A DNA stretch of 27,513 nt from a virus (Duplodnaviria > Caudoviricetes), in the IMG/VR virus record IMGVR_UViG_3300036807_000011, positions 1-27,513 of that record; one strand, given 5' to 3'. Positions 1 through 7,700 of the stretch are shown here, one piece after another (the stretch's first letter is position 1; each line of letters starts with the position of its first letter). The notes under the pieces were generated by a model. That model was not told the origin of the DNA. It saw nothing but the letters and a program-made list of their open reading frames with translations, and did not search any database. The position numbers and the translations under genes are program-made.

Positions 1-270
1 GACGAGAGCCGTCGCATAACTTTGTCAAAGAACGGAACTGCGTACGAGGCGAGCGCATGCTCGTGTTATATGTATGCACGAGAAAACAAAAAACATCTGT
101 TTAAGAACAGATGAGTGTGCTGTCGGAATCGTCGAGGTTCTCTCCAAACACGCGTTCTTCCTGTGTTTGAGAGCCTCTATCGGATTTATAATCCGTTGCA
201 GTGCCGATAAACAGTAGTCTCTAGACTACTATGTGGCTAAAGCTGTGCCAAACTCTACTCTTTAGAGTAG
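1..270. repeat. Cluster of short inverted repeats in the non-coding terminal region
   Basis: Stems read directly: ctttg/caaag (20-30), cgagc/gctcg (50-63), ctcgtg/cacgag (60-82), catctgtt/aacagatg (94-113), imperfect gagg..caaacac/gtgtttg..cctc (134-177), cggatt/aatccg (181-195), agtagtct/agactact (213-230), ctactct/agagtag (255-270). Confidence 0.75.
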
Positions 271-325
271 TAAGGGGGGTTAGCGGTAAACAACACGTAT
301 ATAAACCCTCTCGGAAATTTGCAAC

Positions 326-373
326 AAAAACAAAAAACCCCCTCCAAGGACTTTAACATCACAAGGAGAGGGT
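326..373 (-). terminator. Probable Rho-independent terminator ending late (minus-strand) transcription
   Basis: Minus strand reads accctctcc-(long loop)-ggagggggt followed by tttttgttttt, downstream of the last minus-strand ORF. The loop is long for a terminator. Confidence 0.5.
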
Positions 374-443
374 ACACATATAACAACACACACGTTGAAA
401 TAATGATGGCACTACTCTTGAATTATTCTAGACGCAGTGCAAG

Positions 444-692
444 CTAAAACTCACTATCTTCGTCATCTATTTCGTCACTCCAAGCACCATCCCAGTCAAT
501 ATCTTCATCATCTACCATCTCGAATGTGGTCGATGCCATCTCATCTCTAGCCATTTCTAGCAATCCTCTGGCTGCATAGACGTTATCGTAGACATATTCC
601 ATCTCTAGCTCTGGATGAACGACCATTATAAAGTAGTTCTCAAAGTGTTCACCTGCAATGGCTTGAATCTGTTCTAAAGGATTATCCGACAT
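444..692 (-). CDS. Hypothetical very acidic protein (82 aa)
   Basis: ORF on the same strand as all phage genes; D/E-rich C-terminus (DDEDIDWDGAWSDEIDDEDSEF); no family recognised. Confidence 0.7.
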   Translation of the reverse strand: MSDNPLEQIQAIAGEHFENYFIMVVHPELEMEYVYDNVYAARGLLEMARDEMASTTFEMVDDEDIDWDGAWSDEIDDEDSEF

Positions 693-698
693 AAGGTA

Positions 699-726
699 TT
701 GACAGGTTAAAAGTGACTATTATAAT
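699..726 (+). promoter_or_regulatory. Consensus sigma70-type promoter, antisense to the late operon
   Basis: TTGACA at 699-704, 16-nt spacer, TATAAT at 721-726, in an intergenic gap. Confidence 0.65.
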
Positions 727-800
727 TATTATATACTAATACGAGATGGTGCTAGCACTAGATAAGGAGACCTAGTCTCCCACTAGTCAAGAATTAGACC

Positions 801-827
801 TTATATATTATATATATTATATTATAT
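801..827. repeat. AT-only low-complexity tract (ttatatattatatatattatattatat)
   Basis: About 27 consecutive A/T bases running into the terL stop codon; next to CTAG-containing palindromes at 749-786. Confidence 0.7.
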
Positions 828-2507
828 CCAAGAGGACTCTGGTCTATTTGTTCTCTTATAGTAGGTATCCACGAATTTACTTAGCTCTTTGCTAGCTGTA
901 TCTTCTCTTCGTTCCTTAATCTTCATGTCTGCGTCTTGAGCCATTTGTTCTACCCAGTAGTTACAGGCTATACTAAGAGCATCTAGTCTATCGTCGTTCC
1001 TTAAGGCTCCTCTGAGTCTTGTTAGTCTAGTCAACTGATACATCATCATGTATCTTAGGTGTTGTTCTGCTGGATACTTCTGAGCTGACTTGTAGTCGTT
1101 CTCAATAACAGAGGGTGCTATAACGAGCCTATGGGCTGCTAGGAGAGGCTCAAGGGTGTCTATGATCCGTTTCTCTTTCTGTTGATGGTGACGTACCTCT
1201 TCAAGACTGACAGGGTATTCTCGGCTAAATATGGGCGTTATGAGTTGGTTGAACATACCATCACCGAAGTTACTCTCCGTAATGACAGCATTTACCTTGT
1301 TCCTCTTAGCAATGCGGACTAGTTCTAGCAAGGTAGGTTCTTCGTAACCTCCTTTGAGTCCACCAGCTTCTGGAACATACAAGGTGCCATTACACATCTT
1401 TACTACAGCATACCCAGTCTCATCCTTACCTCTACCAGAGGGGTCGATGGACATCACTGAACCAGTGTAAGGTATCATGTCACCTAGAATCTTCATAGGT
1501 CTGTAGAACCTGTCACCTCTTAGTCCTACGTTGGGTAGCCTGTCCCACTCTAGCTCAGGTGTCTGCGCCCATACTAGCTTCTCTGGCGCAACATCTTGGT
1601 CAATGTCTTGCACAACCAAGTTGCCAAGTTTAAGAGGATAACGGTCAAGGTCAGCAAGGTTAGGGTTGAGCATGAACTGCATCGCGTAACCAGCTGAGCC
1701 ATAAGATATTTTTCGCTCTTGCAAATCAAAATCTGTAAAGCGCGTAGGTTCGGCAGAATCGCCTTGGGTATCCTCATCTATACAGAGGGTAGACAGGGTA
1801 TCGCCATATGTGTTCATCGCCTTCTTAGGGTCTACCTTCTCAGCAGACCACACCTTGGACGTAAACCCTCTCTCTTGTAGTTTACTGTAAAGGCTGTCCT
1901 CACACTGAGGCGTACCTAGAACAAGTATACGAGATGTCTTATTAGGCTTAATGATGGCATCAAATTCTTTAATCTGTTCTGACAGCTTGTCTCTCATCTG
2001 CTGTGTAGCAGAGTTGTTTGCTACCTCAACGTCATCCGCAATGATGATGTCAGCACGAGAACCTGTCAGCTGGGAAGTTATTCCCAAGCTCTTAACACTA
2101 GGTGCGTGAGAGGCTCCAGAGGGTCCTACGTCAAACGATACCTTAGAGAATCTCTGGTCAGCATGGGGCTTCAAGAAACTCAGAATAGGGATGTCATGAA
2201 TCAGTCTCAACGTGAACGTAGAGAAGTCATCAGAACGTGTCTTCGATGCAGAGACAACTAGGATGTTCTTAGAGGGGTCTAGGAACAACTGATGTACTAC
2301 GAACGCAGAACAAATCCAAGACTTGCCAACTCCTCGAAAGCCTTGCACCACAGCCCGCTTTGGACCATGCTGCATGAAATCAGCTATATCGTATTGTATG
2401 TCAGTTGGGTCACGCTTGATCTGTTCTAGCGAGTGCCAAATGTAATACAGGAAGTTTCTGAAGTCTTTAAGTTCGTTAGGTATTTGTGGCTGCTCTTGGC
2501 TCATCAT
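822..2507 (-). CDS. terL: Terminase large subunit (T7 gp19-like)
   Basis: Walker A-like QGFRGVGKSWI, GITSQLTGSRADIIIADDVE (Walker B), RNase H-like IDPSGRGKDETG, ESNFGDGMF and DDRLDAL, all matching the T7 gp19 family. Confidence 0.97.
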   Translation of the reverse strand: MMSQEQPQIPNELKDFRNFLYYIWHSLEQIKRDPTDIQYDIADFMQHGPKRAVVQGFRGVGKSWICSAFVVHQLFLDPSKNILVVSASKTRSDDFSTFTLRLIHDIPILSFLKPHADQRFSKVSFDVGPSGASHAPSVKSLGITSQLTGSRADIIIADDVEVANNSATQQMRDKLSEQIKEFDAIIKPNKTSRILVLGTPQCEDSLYSKLQERGFTSKVWSAEKVDPKKAMNTYGDTLSTLCIDEDTQGDSAEPTRFTDFDLQERKISYGSAGYAMQFMLNPNLADLDRYPLKLGNLVVQDIDQDVAPEKLVWAQTPELEWDRLPNVGLRGDRFYRPMKILGDMIPYTGSVMSIDPSGRGKDETGYAVVKMCNGTLYVPEAGGLKGGYEEPTLLELVRIAKRNKVNAVITESNFGDGMFNQLITPIFSREYPVSLEEVRHHQQKEKRIIDTLEPLLAAHRLVIAPSVIENDYKSAQKYPAEQHLRYMMMYQLTRLTRLRGALRNDDRLDALSIACNYWVEQMAQDADMKIKERREDTASKELSKFVDTYYKRTNRPESSWI

Positions 2508-2718
2508 CTTCTCGGAACGGCAGCACCTCTACTAAATTTTGCATGGTGTTGTCTTCACTAACTGAGGCAGTGACTTGGTTGTCTTTGAGTAGCTGCCTAG
2601 CTACATTAAGGATTGCTGGGTTTGATTCTCCAGACTTGATGACAGTCAGTAGCTCTTCAATAGTTAAAGCCATTAACTCATCTAAAAGTTCTTTGTTCTT
2701 ATTGTTTGTCGTCGTCAT
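2476..2718 (-). CDS. terS: Terminase small subunit (T7 gp18-like)
   Basis: 80 aa immediately upstream of and overlapping terL; PAILNVARQLLKDN...LPF pattern typical of T7-like small terminases. Confidence 0.8.
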   Translation of the reverse strand: MTTTNNKNKELLDELMALTIEELLTVIKSGESNPAILNVARQLLKDNQVTASVSEDNTMQNLVEVLPFREDDEPRAATNT

Positions 2719-2869
2719 CTTCTTTAAGCTCCTTTAAGATTTTGATTACTAAATATGTGAACGACGTTAAGCCAACTAGAATGGCTACGAGCGCATTCAC
2801 GTCCGATAGGGTTAATGTCCCGAGGATTCCTAAGAAGCCTACGAGGGATGGAGTATGTTCTGAGTTCAT
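2699..2869 (-). CDS. Putative holin (56 aa, gp17.5 position); not in ORF track
   Basis: Hand translation MNSEHTPSLVGFLGILGTLTLSDVNALVAILVGLTSFTYLVIKILKELKEDDDDKQ: two hydrophobic segments and a charged C-tail, filling the gap between fibre genes and terS. Confidence 0.7.
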   Translation of the reverse strand: MNSEHTPSLVGFLGILGTLTLSDVNALVAILVGLTSFTYLVIKILKELKEDDDDKQ

Positions 2870-2874
2870 AATTT

Positions 2875-3423
2875 TTAAGCTAGTACCTCCATTAGTGTTA
2901 TGGTTGATAGAGCATTTTGATAACTAAAAAATATTTGTCTATTATTACCTGATGTATCAAGTTTTTGTTGTACCTTGTAAGTAACCGTACTAGCTGTTGA
3001 GGGTGAGTCTAGGGCTGTATAAGAAGAAGAAAATGCAGCTTGAACACCCGCTGTACCATCAAATCTTGCACCAATATATTCTGCTATTTCTGTGCTTCCT
3101 CTTACAAGTCTAACTAATCCTTTTTGATTATTAACAGTTCCTGTAGCAAGACCTACAGAAGCAGAAACTATTACAAAAATTTTAGAAGAAGCAGCAGTAG
3201 GAGTTATAGATACTGACAAACCTACATCATCGTAAGTTGTTGTACCATTATTAACCTCTGTTGAAGTTGTTGCAAATACTACCTGACCAATCTTACCACC
3301 GCCAACCGTAGTGCTACCACCTAAGGCGACTGCACTTCCGTTGATTGTTATGGAATCGTTCTCCAGTTGGCTATTAGGCAAGCTGCCCTCTAGCATCCGA
3401 GTGTTGTTTTTTGTTAAACTCAT
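2875..3423 (-). CDS. Second tail fibre-like or receptor-binding accessory protein (182 aa)
   Basis: NSQLENDSITINGSAVALGG shaft-like start, then a T/S/G-rich beta domain (GKIGQVV...LSVSITPTAASSKIFV...STITLMEV) of the kind seen in marine phage fibres; directly after the gp17-like gene. Confidence 0.6.
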   Translation of the reverse strand: MSLTKNNTRMLEGSLPNSQLENDSITINGSAVALGGSTTVGGGKIGQVVFATTSTEVNNGTTTYDDVGLSVSITPTAASSKIFVIVSASVGLATGTVNNQKGLVRLVRGSTEIAEYIGARFDGTAGVQAAFSSSYTALDSPSTASTVTYKVQQKLDTSGNNRQIFFSYQNALSTITLMEVLA

Positions 3424-3446
3424 ATATCATTTTTTGGGGTTAATTT

Positions 3447-4745
3447 TTAAGATAAGGCGTGGAACTCCACATTGGCAGTTATTGAGGCGTTGGTATTTTG
3501 ATCGGTTAAGCTTATAGACCAAGAAGCTCCTTTCTTAATAGGAATTGTTGCCGTAGCATACTTATTTCCATCGGTGAGGGTAGCACTATTTAAGTACTGT
3601 TTATAGGTATGTCCATCCGCAACTATCGTGGCTAAACCTCCATAATAATACGCGCTACTACCAGAACCCCATTGCGCACCATTAATTTGTATCACCAAGA
3701 ATCCAGATGATGGAGCTGTACCTGAATTACCGACAGCGGAAGGAGATGACAAGCTTGGGCTACTAGCATCCACATAAGCCTTGATACTCGAAGAGCTAGC
3801 CAACGAGGTTGTTGACACACCAGAGGTCATCGTGTCATCATCTATAACCTCAGCGAGTTTACTTGTTGGAATACTTCCAGCAAGTTTATCTTCTGTAATG
3901 CTTCCAGCTAACTGTGCGTTAGTAATACCACCTGCTAGTTTATCCTGAGTGATACTCCCCGCTAACTCTGAATTAGTAATGCTAAGTCCTGCTAGTTTAT
4001 CCTGTGTGATACTCCCAGCTAGTTTATCGTTAGTTACACCAAGGTCTTTAATCTCAGCCTTGTTAACACTTGTAAGTCCAATCGTTACGTCATCCACCGA
4101 GACCGAACTAGCGGCACTAGCGGCTGTTACTACAACAATCTTAGAACCACTTGGAGGCGCGGCTGTTCCTTTAAATTCTATTGTAGAGTTAGTCATACTA
4201 ATCTCATAGGAATCTATAGGCGACTGCATCACACCATCAATAGACACACGATAAGCCTCCTCTTTTTCTGTTTGAGGAGTAAACGCTGTGAGACTAAACA
4301 CTTTAGTTGCTCCGTCGCCTGTAAGGGCTTGGCTTGCAAAGTTTGACAGACTTGTACCTGCTTGTAGACCTTGGGTAGCGATTGCGGCAAACTGAGAAGT
4401 ACTAGCATCTTCGGCTATCTCTTGTGCCACAAACAGTCCTTGTTGGTAAGCTGTATCTAGGTCACTCTCGGATAGTCGTGAGCCGTTCTGGAAGTCTACT
4501 AGCTGTGCTGTAGAAGTAGCACGATACAACCGAATTTTTGTATAAGAAGCAGCGGGGGTATCAGCCAGTGTAACCGTCTTGTTTATTGCGTCTGTAGGAC
4601 TAGATGCGTCTAGCGCGAGTGGAGTCCACTTGCTCCCATTAAATCCGATTACATTTACATCGTTGATGATGATGTATTTGAATGGCACGTTGTAGGTTGT
4701 AGCGGATAGTTCTCCACTGCTGTATTCTTTATATGATTGTGGCAT
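3447..4745 (-). CDS. Tail fibre protein (T7 gp17-like N-terminal anchor)
   Basis: N-terminus with YNVPFKY, IRLYRAT, LVDFQNGSRLSESDLDTAYQQGLFVAQE matches the T7 gp17 adaptor domain; follows the gp16-like gene; internal repeats. Confidence 0.9.
   Translation of the reverse strand: MPQSYKEYSSGELSATTYNVPFKYIIINDVNVIGFNGSKWTPLALDASSPTDAINKTVTLADTPAASYTKIRLYRATSTAQLVDFQNGSRLSESDLDTAYQQGLFVAQEIAEDASTSQFAAIATQGLQAGTSLSNFASQALTGDGATKVFSLTAFTPQTEKEEAYRVSIDGVMQSPIDSYEISMTNSTIEFKGTAAPPSGSKIVVVTAASAASSVSVDDVTIGLTSVNKAEIKDLGVTNDKLAGSITQDKLAGLSITNSELAGSITQDKLAGGITNAQLAGSITEDKLAGSIPTSKLAEVIDDDTMTSGVSTTSLASSSSIKAYVDASSPSLSSPSAVGNSGTAPSSGFLVIQINGAQWGSGSSAYYYGGLATIVADGHTYKQYLNSATLTDGNKYATATIPIKKGASWSISLTDQNTNASITANVEFHALS
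3853..4040 (-). repeat. About 7 tandem 9-10-aa repeats (SITQDKLAG-like) in the tail fibre shaft
   Basis: GVTNDKLAG SITQDKLAGL SITNSELAG SITQDKLAG GITNAQLAG SITEDKLAG SIPTSKLA; 29-bp DNA repeat with one mismatch at 3931-3959 and 3988-4016. Confidence 0.9.
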
Positions 4746-4765
4746 GATTATTTTTCCTTGTTAAT

Positions 4766-7700
4766 TTATGCGTCTAGCAATGCTTGTAATGTTTCGGTTG
4801 ATGCACCTCTTTGTGCTTGAGTGTTGATAGAGCGCATACGTTTGTACTCTCGTTCGATTTCTGGAAACTCTTCCATCATCAAACTTAGAGAGCGCGAACG
4901 ATACTTACTCATTACTTTATTGATAAGTTGTACTCTAGGACTCTTTAATGCTCCGTCAGTGAGTGGAGAGAGTCGCTGGTAACGTTTGCTACTAATTAAC
5001 TTCTCAAGTTCTTGTCGAAGAGTTTTGCCTCTGATCTTTGTGTCACTAAGAAGTTCTAAGCGTCTGTCGTAGGCAGACTGTCCTTTATCATTAACGAACT
5101 CCGTCATGTCGATACTACGGTCAAGTGTTGTGCTTGTCTGTGTAAAGCCATGTTCAAGTGATGCTAGTTCTTCAAACACTACGTCACCGTCTCTTGTAGA
5201 GATAGCTGAAGGATTGAACGGACCAACGAATGGAATCTGTTCCATGATTACAGGCTCACCTAAGATGTTACGTTTAGGGTCTAGGTTGTCGTTACCCATT
5301 GGTAGCTTCTTCATAAATGCGTCACTGAGGCTGCGGACTTCTCTCAAAGTCGTGTCACCCATAACGGATTGACCTTGATAGAGAACGTTGGGAACAAACC
5401 CACCAGCAATGTTTCGGACTGCTCGTTCCATCTTACGGTCTGGCTCTGAGATAGCATCAGTCAGGAATTTAAGACCTGCTAGGTAAGACTTCTCAGTTAC
5501 GTTACGAGATAGAGAGATAGAGGCTGCTGCAAACATCTGCTCAGCCAGCGTTGTGTTACTACTGGCGTGGTCGTCCAACTGCTCAACAATATCTACAAGG
5601 ACACCAAAGTGTGTGCCGAGAGGATCGAGACCCGCAAAGCCAGCATACTTGTTTCCAAACTTGAGTGAATACTTTTGCCATCCTGTAGCTTCAAGAGTCT
5701 TGCGTTGTGCGGTATCTTTTGGACCACCGCCCGTGATAAAGTCACGGTTTGCCATAATCATATAAATCAACGTGCTGTTGATCATAACAGATGTAGCAAT
5801 CTTACCTCTTGTTCGTGCAACCTCGATAGGGTTACGAGACTCTAGCTTCATACGCAACTCATCTTGAGTTCGCTTGAGCATTGGCATGTCAGGCATCATA
5901 GCAAGTGCGCTACGTCCTGCATCCATTGCGCCACCTGATGCTCGATCAAATGAGAACTTCAGAATGTTTACTGGAGTACGAATGAACGGAAAGATTAAAC
6001 GTAGCGGAGGAACTTTAGAAGTCATGGCTTGTGCCAAGTCTGCAAACGCACCTGCATCGTTTGTGAATGTACCGTAACGTGCTTGCTCTAGTGAGCGAGC
6101 TGCTACGTTGTCAATGTCAGAGATGTTCTCTATTCCGAGTCCACCTTCCTCAACTGACTTTAGCATGTCTGCGCGTTTGTTCGTCTCTTCGCCTATGATA
6201 CGATTCACTTCGGAACCTCTCTTCTGTGGAGACATTGGTTTCTTACCACCAGCTACAAGTGCGTCATCCATCTTCTTGACGGTTGCTTGTGCAAACTTCA
6301 TGACACCTGCATCAGAGAACGCACGTTCACCATCCACAAGGACAGCGTCCATACCTCTCATGACATACTCGGTCAATGCGTCAGGGTCTTTGATTCCTAA
6401 CTTCATGCCTTTGAGTGTCCACTCCATCTTTGCGTTCGAGCGGAACAGAGATTGCTTAAACACTTCGTCCATCGCCATGAGGGTCTTAGCTGGAATGTTA
6501 ACAACATTCTCACTGAACCAATTCATGGAGTTCTTCATCGTTTCTTCAGGAGCAGCATTATCAAAGTATTTTGGAATACCAGTGTTTGCTGTGTTCTCAA
6601 GTGGGTTACGTCCGATGTCTAACAACTGGTCTTTCATCGAATACACATCTAAGAAATACTTCATAGACTCACGGAACGATTCAAACGTTGACATTTCTTT
6701 CAGCACCATACGAGTGATGGCTGGGTCTACAGATAGTCCACCGATTGCTAGCTCTGTTTGGAGAAGGGTCTGGGTAACCATGTTACCAACACCATTCTTC
6801 ATCATAGTCCTTGGACCAGATAGTAGGGAGTTGATGAACCAGTTCTGTGCCATCTCCATGAACTTGCCACCTTCGGCAGCGCGTCCTGCTTTAACGACAC
6901 CAAGCATCTGGTCAATCATATCCTTAGCGGATGCGTTCTTAGGGTCACCACCTGCAAGAATAATTCTGTTAATTAGGACATCAAAGTTCTGCTTCTCTCC
7001 TTTGTTGCTAGCCATGTATTGGTTAACAATCTCTTGAGAGCGTCTCTCTGCTGCTGATAGACTTAGCTTAGTTCTGGCGAACTGTGTTGACTGTAGACCT
7101 TGACCAAATCCTCGACGGAGGTTGGAGCCAGCAGCAACTAGGTTCAACATCTTCTGGATGTCTCCCATTAGTTCTGCTCGGTCTGCGTCAGTAGCTTCAG
7201 CACTTTGCGATGCAATCTTCTTAGCTTTCTCTACGATGTCAGCACCTTGCTGAACAGCGATAGATTCTACTGTGTACATACGAGCTGAAATTCTACGAAG
7301 CGCAGCTGCGTCTTTACCTGCTGCTCGAACTTCTGACTCAACTATGTCAATCTTTTGACCAGACATCTCAGCACTACGTCTTGCTTGCTCAACTGCCTGA
7401 ACGATACCGCCACCCTTAAGTCCATCAGAACCTTGTAGCTTACCATCTTCGTAGAAGCCTATGCTTCCAGTCTTTTCCATTTCCTCTAGGACTTGCGTCT
7501 CTGCCTTCGCTAATACTTCGCCAAGGTCATAAGCTGATTCAACTTCACTAATAGCTTTGACGGTTCCTTTAACAGCAAGCGTACCGCCTCTGTTTTCTAT
7601 AGTGATTTCTGGTCTACCTTCGCCTGACTTCTGGAAGAAACGATTCTCGTTTATCCGCGCACCTCTTGATTTGATAGGATTTCCATAAGGAGTCTTATAA

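Noticed and set aside
1-270. CRISPR array or tRNA
   Set aside because: The hairpins share no repeated sequence or regular spacing, and no cloverleaf with T-loop consensus was seen.
3853-4040. DGR or CRISPR interpretation of the tail fibre repeats
   Set aside because: They are in-frame coding repeats; no reverse transcriptase and no adenine-specific template/variable repeat pair.
6108-7037. 309-aa + strand ORF
   Set aside because: Entirely antisense to the gp16-like gene, S/I/F-rich with no motifs; typical shadow ORF from codon bias.
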